NCBI GenBank assembly: GCA_023419605.1
Contig: JAEZXR010000119.1
Span: 1-64,000, forward strand
From: Bacillota bacterium
Lineage (GTDB): Bacteria; Bacillota; Clostridia; Acetivibrionales; JAEZXR01
DNA length: 64,000 nt
Reading direction: 5' to 3'
This document shows positions 27,830 to 37,207 of the stretch, in pieces. The notes below the pieces were generated by a model that ran no database searches, had not been told where the DNA came from, and saw only the letters and a list, made by a program, of their open reading frames with translations. The translations under genes were made by a program, and so were the position numbers. The number at the start of each line of letters is the position of its first letter. Within the stretch, counting starts at the first letter, position 1.

Positions 27830-30295
27830 TTATTTGTAGGGCTTGAAACCTTTTAAACGCAGCGCATTGGTCAAAACGGATACTGAGCTTAAGGACATGG
27901 CAGCGGCTGCAAATATCGGATTCAGCTTGGGTCCGCCAAAGGCGTACAGCAGTCCGGCAGCAATGGGAATGCCTGCTACATTATAGCCGAAGGCCCAGAA
28001 GAGATTCTGCTTGATATTCCGTATGGTGCTCTTGCTGAGCTGGATCGCCGTAGGCACATCCATCAAATCGCTCCGCATCAGTACGATGTCGGCAGATTCC
28101 ATGGCCACGTCCGTACCGGAACCGATGGCGATTCCGATATCCGCTTGTGCAAGGGCAGGGGCATCGTTGATGCCGTCTCCCACCATAGCTACTTTCTTTC
28201 CTTCTGCTTGCAGTTTCTTCACTTCATTGGCCTTATCCTGGGGCAACACCTCTGCCAGGATACGGTCGATACCCACCTGTTTGGCGATGGCTTCGGCAGT
28301 CCGGCGGTTGTCTCCCGTGATCATGGCTACTTCGATTCCCATGGAATGGAGCTTTTTGATGGCGTTGGCACTGCTTTCCTTCACTACGTCGGCGACAGCA
28401 ATGATTCCGGCCAACTGGTCCTGTATCGCAATATACATGGGTGTTTTTCCTTCGGAAGCGAGCCGGTCCGACTCCTTTTCCAGGGGCTCCAGTGCTACGT
28501 TCCGGTCCAGCATAAGCTTGCGGTTCCCCAGAAGAATCGGGTTGTTATCGATCTGAACCTCAATTCCGTGACCCGGTATGGCGGTAAACTTCTCCACCTG
28601 AATGAGTTCCAGTGCTTCCTTTTCCGCCCCTCTTACGATGGCTTCACCCAAAGGATGCTCCGAGCCCTTTTCCGCAGAGGCTGCGATCAGAAGAAGCCGT
28701 TGACGGTCAACTCCATTTGCAGTGAGTATATCTGTCACTTCCGGTTTTCCTTCGGTGATGGTGCCTGTTTTATCAAATACAATGGTATTGATTTTGTGCG
28801 TGCTTTCCAAAGCTTCGCCGCCTTTGATCAGTATGCCGTATTCCGCGCCCTTGCCGGTACCTACCATGATGGCGGTGGGCGTAGCCAGACCCAGTGCACA
28901 GGGGCAGGCGATAACCAGAACTGCGATGAAGATGGTGAGGGAAAATACGGTGGATTCACCGCTCAAATACCATGCCAGTGCAGCAACCACTGCGATAGCG
29001 AAAACAATGGGGACAAAATATCCGGATACGATATCCGCCATCTGGGCGATAGGGGCTTTTGAACCCTGGGCATCTTCCACCAGCTTGATAATCTGCGCCA
29101 GCGCCGTATCACTTCCTACCTTTGTCGCCTTAAATTTGATGGAGCCGTTTTTATTGATGCTTGCTCCGATGACCTTCGCTCCGACACTTTTTTCTACAGG
29201 GATGCTTTCTCCCGTCAGCATGGATTCGTCCACGGAAGTGTGGCCCTCGATGACTTCGCCATCCACGGGGATTTTTTCGCCCGGTTTTACCAGAATTATG
29301 TCGCCGACTTCCACTTCCTCAATGGGGATCTCAATTTCCTTGCCGTCCTGAAGGATGGTAGCCGTTTTGGGGGCCAATCCCATTAACTTCTTTATAGCTT
29401 CGGAGGTCTTTCCTTTTGAAACAGCCTCCAGTGATTTTCCCAGGAGTATGAGGGTGATAATAACGCCTGCTGTTTCAAAGTACAAATCGTTGACATAGAT
29501 AAAGTCGCCGATGAAGATCCTGTAAGTGGAATACAAGCTGTATAACACGGCGGCGGAGGTTCCCATGGCAATGAGGGAATCCATGTTGGGGCTTCTTCGC
29601 CAAATGGCTTTGAAACCAATGGAATAGAATTTGTTTCCTGCGATGATTACGGGAGTTACCAGAGCAATCTCCACCAGAGCATAGAGCAGAGGGAACTGCA
29701 TCGGGTTCAGCCACTGGGGAATGGGCCACTTCAGCCACCAGATCATGGCACCCATGGCGACATACAGCAGGGGGACTGTGAATACCGCAGAAACGATGAA
29801 CTTGGTCCACAGCGTGCGTATCTCTTTCTCTTTTCTTATTTTATCCTCATCAACGGAAGCTTTGCTCTCAATCTCCAGCGCTTTATAACCGGCCTTTGAA
29901 ATGGCTTGCTTGATTTCGGAAATCCTCACTTTGGAAGGATCGTATTTTACTGTAGCTTTTTCGGTGGCAAAGTTCACGGATGCATGGGCGACCCCTTCCA
30001 TCTTGCCTACCACCTTTTCGATCCTGCTGGCACAGGCCGCGCAGGTCATACCCTGGATGGGCATGGTAATTTCCTTTTCGACCTTCTCTTCCACGGCCTC
30101 ATAACCGGCCTTGGCAACGGCTGTCTTAATATCGGCAACAGAAACCTTCGACTCATCAAAGGAAATATTTAATTTTTCCGTAGAGAAATTGACGCTGGCT
30201 TCCGTGACGCCTTCCAATTTCTTTACCGCTCTCTCCGCTGCCTTGGCGCAAGCCGCACAAGTCATGCCGAGGATTTTTATATTTTCAGTTTTCAT
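27830..30295 (-). CDS. copA: Copper-translocating P1B-type ATPase CopA with two N-terminal HMA domains
   Basis: Two GMTCAACA motifs, CPC ([11 protein letters not shown]), [18 protein letters not shown] and the 8-TM pattern. Confidence 0.92.
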   Translation of the reverse strand: MKTENIKILGMTCAACAKAAERAVKKLEGVTEASVNFSTEKLNISFDESKVSVADIKTAVAKAGYEAVEEKVEKEITMPIQGMTCAACASRIEKVVGKMEGVAHASVNFATEKATVKYDPSKVRISEIKQAISKAGYKALEIESKASVDEDKIRKEKEIRTLWTKFIVSAVFTVPLLYVAMGAMIWWLKWPIPQWLNPMQFPLLYALVEIALVTPVIIAGNKFYSIGFKAIWRRSPNMDSLIAMGTSAAVLYSLYSTYRIFIGDFIYVNDLYFETAGVIITLILLGKSLEAVSKGKTSEAIKKLMGLAPKTATILQDGKEIEIPIEEVEVGDIILVKPGEKIPVDGEVIEGHTSVDESMLTGESIPVEKSVGAKVIGASINKNGSIKFKATKVGSDTALAQIIKLVEDAQGSKAPIAQMADIVSGYFVPIVFAIAVVAALAWYLSGESTVFSLTIFIAVLVIACPCALGLATPTAIMVGTGKGAEYGILIKGGEALESTHKINTIVFDKTGTITEGKPEVTDILTANGVDRQRLLLIAASAEKGSEHPLGEAIVRGAEKEALELIQVEKFTAIPGHGIEVQIDNNPILLGNRKLMLDRNVALEPLEKESDRLASEGKTPMYIAIQDQLAGIIAVADVVKESSANAIKKLHSMGIEVAMITGDNRRTAEAIAKQVGIDRILAEVLPQDKANEVKKLQAEGKKVAMVGDGINDAPALAQADIGIAIGSGTDVAMESADIVLMRSDLMDVPTAIQLSKSTIRNIKQNLFWAFGYNVAGIPIAAGLLYAFGGPKLNPIFAAAAMSLSSVSVLTNALRLKGFKPYK

Positions 30296-30315
30296 TTTTT
30301 CACCTTCCTGCCAGA

Positions 30316-30347
30316 TTATTAGGGTATATACTATACCCCCCTACCCT
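30316..30347. promoter_or_regulatory. Candidate CsoR operator: GC-tract pseudo-palindrome GGGTATA-TAC-TATACCC(CCCC)TACCC
   Basis: Perfect 7-bp inverted repeat with a C7 tract, immediately upstream of the copA start. It resembles known CsoR operators (TACCC..GGGGTA type). Confidence 0.45.
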
Positions 30348-30478
30348 ATATGACACTTATGATACTCCTTCGATGTAGTTTTGTCAAGGGGGCTTTTTTA
30401 AATACGCAGGATATTGCCTTAGTCCCGTAAAATCGGGAAGCTTTTGCACCTTGTTGAAAATAACATATCAATTAATTA

Positions 30479-30495
30479 TGAAGATCTTATGGAGA
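30479..30495. promoter_or_regulatory. Inverted copy of the TTCATAAGATCTTCA box (TATGAAGATCTTATGGA)
   Basis: The reverse complement is TCCATAAGATCTTCATA, matching the box consensus at 14 of 17 positions. Confidence 0.35.
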
Positions 30496-30542
30496 TTTTT
30501 AAAAGTACAGAGTAAATATTTTAAAATAAATTATGGAGATTT

Positions 30543-30560
30543 CTTCATAAGATCTTCACA
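30543..30560 (+). promoter_or_regulatory. Box 1: CTTCATAAGATCTTCACA (11-bp-spaced direct repeat CTTCAYA, candidate OmpR-family regulator site)
   Basis: Identical 18-mer recurs at 32853-32870; a one-mismatch copy is at 32234-32251. Each lies 40-60 bp upstream of a gene start. Confidence 0.5.
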
Positions 30561-30606
30561 ATTTTACTGTAAAATTTATACAAACTGTTTTGAAGGGGCG
30601 TGTACA

Positions 30607-31404
30607 ATGTTTGATCAAAGGAATAATAACCCGCGAGCAGTCAAATATCTTGCTTTATGTGGAATTGTGGTGGTACTACTGGCTATTGTGGGCCTCTATG
30701 GCATGCGCACGAAAGGGCAGAAGGAGAACGGCACACTTCAACCGGTGAGTATTGCAGCAACGGGTAATGCGGAAACCGATACTTCCCAAAGGAAGGGACA
30801 GAATGACATACCGCAGACTCAGCCCATTCCGAAGGATATCAATGGCAGCATTCCATCGGCTGCAAATGAAGTGAAGCCGGCAGAGACGGAGAAACCGAAG
30901 CCGGAGGTGGAACCAACTCCCCAAAGTGTGGAAAAGAACACGGAGCCTCCCGCCAGTACTCCAAAGAACGAGGTTGGAACCGCGGAGGCAAAACTGCAAA
31001 CCGAACCGCCTAAAGTCCAGTCCACTGTAAAACCTATGGATATAGCAATTAAAGTTCCCAAAGCCGAGGTAACGGCCCAGGCAAAGTTCTACCCCTGTAA
31101 AATCGATAATATAACGATGGAAGTCATTGCTGTAAAGGCCAGCGACGGAAGCATCCGGACTGCGCTGAATACCTGCCAGGTTTGCTTTGATTCCGGTAAA
31201 GGGTATTATGTTCAGACCGGTGAATACCTGGTATGCCAAAATTGTAAAAATAAATTCCATATCGATCAGGTAGAGAAGGTGAAAGGCGGGTGTAACCCTG
31301 TGCCGGTTTTACAGGAGGATAAAACCGATCTCGGAGACTCTATCGCAATAGCAAAGGACTTTTTGGCGAGTCAAAAGGAATACTTTAAAAAGTGGAAGAA
31401 ATAA
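30607..31404 (+). CDS. Membrane-anchored protein with C-terminal Cys4 (CxxC..CxxC) domain, DUF2318-like; paralog A
   Basis: TM helix, Pro/Glu/Lys-rich linker, then a domain FYPCK..ALNTCQVCFDSGKGYYVQTGEYLVCQNCKNKFHIDQVEKVKGGCNPVPV. RBS GAAGGGG. Confidence 0.75.
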   Translation: MFDQRNNNPRAVKYLALCGIVVVLLAIVGLYGMRTKGQKENGTLQPVSIAATGNAETDTSQRKGQNDIPQTQPIPKDINGSIPSAANEVKPAETEKPKPEVEPTPQSVEKNTEPPASTPKNEVGTAEAKLQTEPPKVQSTVKPMDIAIKVPKAEVTAQAKFYPCKIDNITMEVIAVKASDGSIRTALNTCQVCFDSGKGYYVQTGEYLVCQNCKNKFHIDQVEKVKGGCNPVPVLQEDKTDLGDSIAIAKDFLASQKEYFKKWKK

Positions 31405-31425
31405 TAAAGTTTCGGGGGGAAGGGT

Positions 31426-32187
31426 ATGAAACGATTGTTAGTATTTATCTTGATTTGGGGCATGGTTATCCATTCCTTCATGATGCAGGTGGCAGCGCAG
31501 CCGTTGTCACAGAGTGAAATCAAGGTACTGTTTAATGGAAACCCGCTTGAGTTTGATGTTAAACCCAGTGTAAAGGATGGCAGGACATTGGTTCCCTTTA
31601 GGAAGATCCTGGAGGCCTTTGGCGCCGAAGTGAAATGGGATGCCGAACAGCAGGTGGTATCAGCTAAAAAAGGCTCCACGGAAATGTATTTGAAAATCGG
31701 AATTGACTATGCTTACGTAAACGGCTATGAGGTGAATCTGGATGTGGCGCCTGAAACGCTGGAAGGAAGGACCTTGGTTCCCTTGCGCTTCATCAGCGAA
31801 AGCCTGGGAGCAGAGGTTGGCTGGGATGAAGCCGCCGGAACTGTGGCGATTTTATACAATAGCACCGTATATAAATTGGGACAAGCAGGTACATATAAAG
31901 ACATAACGTTTTCCATTGAAAAAGTAGAGGCCCAGACGGGCAATGGAACGCTAAAGGTTTCGGGGAAAATAAATTCCATCCCGCAAAAGCTGGTTGTAGA
32001 GGTAGCGGATGATAACGGATATATACTCCCGGGTGAAATGAAGGTCATAAAGAAGGAAGGAGAGATGTATGCCGTAGAGACGGAAATATATTTACCTTCC
32101 TGTCATAATTTTGTGGGAAAATACCTATCGGTAAAAGTTCAAAACCAGGAACAAAAACTTATAAAAATCGCAGAATACGAGCTGTAA
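31426..32187 (+). CDS. Secreted protein with tandem copper-amine-oxidase N-terminal-type (stalk) domains
   Basis: Signal peptide, then two repeats of DGRTLVPFRKILEAFGAEVKWD / GRTLVPLRFISESLGAEVGWD typical of Cu_amine_oxidN1 domains. Confidence 0.7.
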   Translation: MKRLLVFILIWGMVIHSFMMQVAAQPLSQSEIKVLFNGNPLEFDVKPSVKDGRTLVPFRKILEAFGAEVKWDAEQQVVSAKKGSTEMYLKIGIDYAYVNGYEVNLDVAPETLEGRTLVPLRFISESLGAEVGWDEAAGTVAILYNSTVYKLGQAGTYKDITFSIEKVEAQTGNGTLKVSGKINSIPQKLVVEVADDNGYILPGEMKVIKKEGEMYAVETEIYLPSCHNFVGKYLSVKVQNQEQKLIKIAEYEL

Positions 32188-32233
32188 GAGATCAAAAGGA
32201 TTTTCATGATTCTAAGTAAAAATTTTCGTTTGC

Positions 32234-32251
32234 CTTCATAAAATCTTCACA
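32234..32251 (+). promoter_or_regulatory. Box 2: CTTCATAAAATCTTCACA
   Basis: One mismatch relative to boxes 1 and 3; lies 40 bp upstream of the 32291 start. Confidence 0.5.
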
Positions 32252-32290
32252 AGTACATGCTATCATGGAAACAAATCAATAGAGGGTGGT

Positions 32291-32809
32291 ATGAAAATGA
32301 GTAAAGGAAAGCAGCGTAGTAAAAATGGACAGCCGATGAATAAGAACAGCGTTATCCTTATTGGCATTATAGCCGTGTTGGTGGTTGGCTTTTTTGTGTT
32401 TAAAGCAGTGACAAAGGAGGAAAAGACTGTCGCATCCGCTGGAGGTGACCTGGTAATACCCAAGAGTGAAATTACCGAAACTGCAAAGTTCTACCCCTAT
32501 AAAGCAGGAAATACAGCCATGGAAGTAGTAGCGGTGAAAGCAAAGGATGGAACCATCCGGACTGCATTGAATACCTGCCAGGTGTGCAACAATTCCGGAA
32601 AGGGATATTATAAGCAGCAGGGAGAAGCCCTGGTCTGCCAGAATTGCGGAAATGTGTTTAAAATGGACCAGGTGGAGAAAATAAAAGGCGGCTGTAACCC
32701 GGTGCCTGTTACAACAGACGATAAAACCGACGACGGAGCAAACATTACCATCCCCAAAGCTTTCCTGGAGCAGAATAAAGATTTGTTCAAGACCTGGAAA
32801 CGTCAATGA
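32291..32809 (+). CDS. Membrane-anchored Cys4-domain protein, paralog B of 30607-31404
   Basis: The same domain, ALNTCQVCNNSGKGYYKQQGEALVCQNCGNVFKMDQVEKIKGGCNPVPV, is more than 60% identical to paralog A. It follows an N-terminal TM helix. Confidence 0.8.
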   Translation: MKMSKGKQRSKNGQPMNKNSVILIGIIAVLVVGFFVFKAVTKEEKTVASAGGDLVIPKSEITETAKFYPYKAGNTAMEVVAVKAKDGTIRTALNTCQVCNNSGKGYYKQQGEALVCQNCGNVFKMDQVEKIKGGCNPVPVTTDDKTDDGANITIPKAFLEQNKDLFKTWKRQ

Positions 32810-32822
32810 TAGGATGCCTGTA

Positions 32823-32852
32823 AGAACGAGCTATTAAGCCATAGCTCGTTTT
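32823..32852 (+). terminator. Hairpin terminator (AACGAGCTAT-TAAGCC-ATAGCTCGTT + TTTC)
   Basis: 10-bp perfect stem. Confidence 0.65.
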
Positions 32853-32870
32853 CTTCATAAGATCTTCACA
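32853..32870 (+). promoter_or_regulatory. Box 3: CTTCATAAGATCTTCACA
   Basis: Identical to box 1; lies 57 bp upstream of the 32927 start. Confidence 0.5.
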
Positions 32871-32926
32871 TTCTTCTGGTATTCTGTTTTCTATGAAAGA
32901 ACGACAAGTTGTGCAGGAGGTATGCA

Positions 32927-34771
32927 ATGGAGCAGAAAGTAGTACGCAAAGTCCTTCAGGTTGAAGGTATGACATGTGCGAGCTGCGAAATGAGAATTGA
33001 GAATGCTGTGAAAAAATTGGCGGGAGTACAAGAGGTCAAAGCAATCTTCAGCAGTTCCAATGTGTATATAACGTATGATGTAAATAGTACAGGGTTGGAT
33101 CAAATCATTGAAACTATCGAAAAACTGGACTATAAAGTGAAGCAGAACCGACCTGAAAGACAGGGTACGGTAGGCACTGGCGCCGGAAAACCGCCCGGGG
33201 ACAAATTAACCATGGACCAGCTGCTGGGAATCGGCATTATTCTGCTTGCATTATTTATGGTGATCCGTCATACGGTCGGCTTTAACTTTATACCGGAAGT
33301 GGATGCCTCCATGGGATACGGGATACTGTTCGTCATCGGATTGCTTACCTCCCTGCACTGTATTGCCATGTGTGGAGGAATTAACCTTTCCCAATGTATT
33401 TCCTACAATGGGGGCAGCCCTGAAGCAGGTAAATTCGGAAAGCTGACTCCTAGTTTGTTGTATAACTCCGGGAGAGTGGTATCCTATACGGTCATTGGCG
33501 GTATTGTAGGTGCCCTGGGCTCCGTCATCAGTTTTTCCGGAGCGGCCAAAGGAACTGTAGCCATCATCTCCGGTGTGTTTATGGTGATTATGGGACTGAA
33601 TATGCTGAATATATTCCCGTGGCTTAGAAAACTGAATCCGAGAATGCCCCGGATCTTCGGCAATAAAATACACAGTAACAATGGTCGGTACGGTCCGTTT
33701 TATGTTGGCCTTCTCAACGGCTTGATGCCTTGCGGTCCGCTGCAGGCCATGCAGATTTATGCTTTAGGCACGGGAAGCTTCGCGGCAGGTGCCTTATCCA
33801 TGTTCATGTTCAGCCTGGGTACAGTCCCCTTGATGTTTGGCTTTGGCGCCATCAGCTCGGTTTTAAGCAGAAAATTCACCCACAAGATGTTGAAGGTAAG
33901 TGCGGCATTGGTCATGGTACTGGGGTTCGTTATGGTAGGCAGGGGGCTGTCCTTGTCAGGTGTCAATATAGCCTTTGCTTCTCCGGCAGCGGGAGCATCG
34001 GGAAATGTAGCCCGGATCGAAGGAAATGTGCAAGTTGTCAGCACTCGGATTGAGTCGGGACGCTATTCTCCCATCGTCGTTCAAAAAGGAATTCCGGTCC
34101 GGTGGACGATACAGGCGGACAAAAACAACCTCAATGGCTGCAACAACAGAATTAATATTTTGGAGTATAATATAAGAGACAAGGCGTTGGTGCCGGGAGA
34201 GACTGTGATCGAATTTACGCCTGACAAAGAAGGGAATTTTGTTTACAGCTGCTGGATGGGGATGATCCGCAGCAGTATAAAGGTGGTGCCGGATATTAGC
34301 AGTGTTTCCAAAGGCGAACTCCAGGATTCAAAAGGACCCGCTCTTGCAGGTACAGAGAGTGATGGTGCCATACCTACGGAGGAAGCTGCGGTTGCAAAGG
34401 TCACAAATGGGATACAATATGTAAGTATCGATGTGAAGGATGACAGCTTTTCACCGGCCATTGTGGTGGTACAAAAAGGAGTAGAGGCTCGGTGGGTGGT
34501 CAATGGTGTAGAATTGAATGTACACAATAGTACGATGGTTTTCCCGGAATTAAATTCAAAAGTCGGTTTGAAGAAGGGAGAAAATCAACTGCAATTTACG
34601 CCGGACTACGATTTCTCCTTCCAGTGCGGCACCGGGCTGCTCAATGGCTATGTGAAAGTGGTAGAGGATATAAATAAAATTGATATGAATGCCATTAAGG
34701 CGGAAGTGAAGGGCTATGTACCGCCAAGAACAGGAAGCCTGGGCGGTGGAAGCGGCATGAGCTGCCATTAG
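32927..34771 (+). CDS. HMA-domain / DsbD_2-type (UreH-like) transmembrane domain / tandem cupredoxin-like domain fusion protein
   Basis: N-terminal GMTCASC HMA motif. TM core with Cys pairs SLHCIAMCGG and MPCGPLQAMQ. Two C-terminal beta-rich domains, each with a single Cys (YSCWMGM and FQCGTGL), look cupredoxin-like. Confidence 0.75.
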   Translation: MEQKVVRKVLQVEGMTCASCEMRIENAVKKLAGVQEVKAIFSSSNVYITYDVNSTGLDQIIETIEKLDYKVKQNRPERQGTVGTGAGKPPGDKLTMDQLLGIGIILLALFMVIRHTVGFNFIPEVDASMGYGILFVIGLLTSLHCIAMCGGINLSQCISYNGGSPEAGKFGKLTPSLLYNSGRVVSYTVIGGIVGALGSVISFSGAAKGTVAIISGVFMVIMGLNMLNIFPWLRKLNPRMPRIFGNKIHSNNGRYGPFYVGLLNGLMPCGPLQAMQIYALGTGSFAAGALSMFMFSLGTVPLMFGFGAISSVLSRKFTHKMLKVSAALVMVLGFVMVGRGLSLSGVNIAFASPAAGASGNVARIEGNVQVVSTRIESGRYSPIVVQKGIPVRWTIQADKNNLNGCNNRINILEYNIRDKALVPGETVIEFTPDKEGNFVYSCWMGMIRSSIKVVPDISSVSKGELQDSKGPALAGTESDGAIPTEEAAVAKVTNGIQYVSIDVKDDSFSPAIVVVQKGVEARWVVNGVELNVHNSTMVFPELNSKVGLKKGENQLQFTPDYDFSFQCGTGLLNGYVKVVEDINKIDMNAIKAEVKGYVPPRTGSLGGGSGMSCH

Positions 34772-34875
34772 TAAGGCGCTGTAAAATAACAGAAAGAAAC
34801 TCCTTGTGATTTGCGTTGGTGAAAGGGCTTTGTCCAAGAGCTTTTTCACCAACTTTTCATATGGTATACTATAGA

Positions 34876-34949
34876 TAACGAACTTTAAACCTTAATCCAT
34901 CGGAGCCGAAACTGCCGGCAGTTGAGATGGGGTTCGGCGGAGTAAATTC
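34876..34949 (+). ncRNA. Structured 5'-leader element, copy 2 (TAACGAACTT..ATCGGAGCCGAAAC..CCGGCAGTT..GGTTCGGCGGAGTAAATTC)
   Basis: Shares blocks TAACGAACTT, ATCGGAGCCGAAA, GGCAGTT and TTCGGCGGAGTAAATTC, in the same order, with copy 1. An extended -10 (TGGTATACT) ends about 6 nt upstream. Confidence 0.45.
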
Positions 34950-35040
34950 TAATGAATATCCTTTCTACGGTTATATATGGATAAGGGCAACGGTCTGTTT
35001 TAATACCTGTGTAAGCATGTGGATGTACGGAGGGTGGAAG

Positions 35041-35742
35041 ATGGCAAACAGCAGCAAGAGAATACTGGTGGTAGATGATGAGGTGAAGATTGTCGAAGTG
35101 GTGAAATCCTACCTGGAGAACAGTGGGTATTCCGTTTATGAAGCATATAACGGGAAGGATGCACTGGAACGCTTTGAAAAAGTCAGCCCTGCGCTGGTGA
35201 TATTGGACCTGATGCTTCCGGATATAACCGGCAAGGAGGTTTGCAGAGCCATACGGAAAAAGTCAGGGGTGCCTATCATCATGCTTACGGCAAAGACCGA
35301 GGAAGAGCATATTCTGGAGGGACTTACCCTGGGCGCGGATGATTATATCACAAAGCCTTTCAGTCCCAGACAACTGGTGGCGCGCGTGGAAGCCGTATTG
35401 AGAAGGTCGGGGGGGACTTCGGTCCCGCATTCGAATGTACTGTCCTTCGGTAATAATGAGCTGACCATCGACACTGTAAAGTTTGAAGTGAAAAAAGAGG
35501 GGGCCGTGGTGAATTTAACTCCCAATGAATACAAGATTCTGATGACCATGGCGAAATATCCGGACAAGACCTTTACGAGGGAAGAACTGGTATTTCTGGT
35601 GCTGGGGGAAGATTATGACGGTTATGACCGCACCATCGATACCCATATAAAAAATTTACGGCAAAAGATGGAAAACGATCCGAAGAACCCTAAGTATATT
35701 CTTACTATCTATGGGGTGGGATACCGGTTTGGTGGTGAATGA
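35041..35742 (+). CDS. OmpR-family response regulator
   Basis: ILVVDDE, LVILDLMLPD and IMLTAK motifs plus a winged-helix C-terminus (LTIYGVGYRF). RBS GGAGGGTGGAAG. Confidence 0.9.
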   Translation: MANSSKRILVVDDEVKIVEVVKSYLENSGYSVYEAYNGKDALERFEKVSPALVILDLMLPDITGKEVCRAIRKKSGVPIIMLTAKTEEEHILEGLTLGADDYITKPFSPRQLVARVEAVLRRSGGTSVPHSNVLSFGNNELTIDTVKFEVKKEGAVVNLTPNEYKILMTMAKYPDKTFTREELVFLVLGEDYDGYDRTIDTHIKNLRQKMENDPKNPKYILTIYGVGYRFGGE

Positions 35743-35743
35743 G

Positions 35744-37138
35744 ATGAAATCCAACCTGAGAACAAAGCTATCCTTAACGTATATGTTTGTAGCGCTGGTC
35801 TGTGTATTTTTAATCAGCATTCTCACCAATGTATTTTTGGATAAGTACTTCAAGGATTATGTCAAACGAAATCAGGAGAACAAGAATAAGGAAATCGTAG
35901 CATGGATCAACCAGCAATATAAACCCGGGAACAAGTGGGATGCAGAGGCAATAGAGAATATCGGCATTACCACCCTGGAGCAGGGAATGATTATCCGTGT
36001 AACGGATTCTACAGGCACGGTGATATGGGATGCCATGGTGCACAACAATGGTCTGTGCCAGCAGATGATCGCTCACATGGCCCAAAACATGAGCAGCCGG
36101 TATCCGAACTGGAAGGGAGGCTATATAGAGAACCAGTATCCTGTCCTGCACGACCTGCGGGAGGTAGGGGTAGTGGATATCGGCTATTATGGTCCGTATT
36201 ACTTCACTGACAGCGATCTGGCATTTATCACAGCACTAAACCAACTGTTAATCCTGGTCGGTGTATTTTCACTTCTTCTGGCGCTATTCATCGGTTCCTT
36301 CATGGCAAAAAGACTGAGTACTCCGATTTCAAGAGTAATCAATACCGCACAGATGATTTCCCGGGGATACTATGGAGACCGGCTGCGCGAAGAGTCCGAT
36401 ACGAAGGAAATTGCACAGCTTACGGGAACCATTAATAACCTTGCGGAAACCCTGGAGATACAGGAGACACTCCGGAAAAGGCTTACGGCGGATGTGGCCC
36501 ACGAGCTGAGGACACCCCTTGCGACGCTTCAGAGCCATATGGAGGCTATGATCGATGGAATCTGGAAGCCGGAACCCGAGCGGCTGAAAAGCTGCCATGA
36601 AGAAATACTGCGGATTAACCGGATGGTAGGGGATCTGGAAAAGCTGGCCAGATACGAAAGTGAAAATTTACTTCTGAATAAGACGGAATTTAGCATGACA
36701 GAGCTGGTGCAGCACATTATACAAAATTTTGAGACTGACTTTATGAATAAAGGGATTCAATTGCAGTTTTCGGGGGATGAGGGAATTGCATTTGCAGATC
36801 GGGATAAAATCAGTCAGGTTATTATAAACCTGTTGTCTAATGCCTTGAAATACACTTCTCAGGGAGGCTCGGTAGAGGTCGGCATCAAAAGTGCTCCGGA
36901 TCATATTGAGGTTTCCGTTAAGGATACAGGAAACGGAATTCCGCCCGAGGATTTGCCTCATATCTTTGAGCGCTTTTACCGTGCGGATAAATCAAGAAAC
37001 AGGCTGACAGGCGGTGCCGGCATTGGGCTTACCATTGCGAAGGCAATTGTGGAAGCCCACAGGGGGAGTATCCAGGTGAAAAGCAGGCCCGGTGAGGGAA
37101 CGGAATTTATTGTGACAATTCCGAAACAGGCAGGGTAG
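35744..37138 (+). CDS. Sensor histidine kinase (PhoR/ResE-like)
   Basis: Two TM helices, HAMP domain, H-box HELRTPLATL, N-box LLSNALKYT, G-boxes DTGNGIP and GGAGIGLTIA. The ATG lies 1 nt after the regulator stop. Confidence 0.85.
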   Translation: MKSNLRTKLSLTYMFVALVCVFLISILTNVFLDKYFKDYVKRNQENKNKEIVAWINQQYKPGNKWDAEAIENIGITTLEQGMIIRVTDSTGTVIWDAMVHNNGLCQQMIAHMAQNMSSRYPNWKGGYIENQYPVLHDLREVGVVDIGYYGPYYFTDSDLAFITALNQLLILVGVFSLLLALFIGSFMAKRLSTPISRVINTAQMISRGYYGDRLREESDTKEIAQLTGTINNLAETLEIQETLRKRLTADVAHELRTPLATLQSHMEAMIDGIWKPEPERLKSCHEEILRINRMVGDLEKLARYESENLLLNKTEFSMTELVQHIIQNFETDFMNKGIQLQFSGDEGIAFADRDKISQVIINLLSNALKYTSQGGSVEVGIKSAPDHIEVSVKDTGNGIPPEDLPHIFERFYRADKSRNRLTGGAGIGLTIAKAIVEAHRGSIQVKSRPGEGTEFIVTIPKQAG

Positions 37139-37207
37139 AGGCCTGATCTGAAATTGTTGCAACTGGACTCCAGGAATTTATTGATAAGAGCGTATGGAGG
37201 GATTCCA

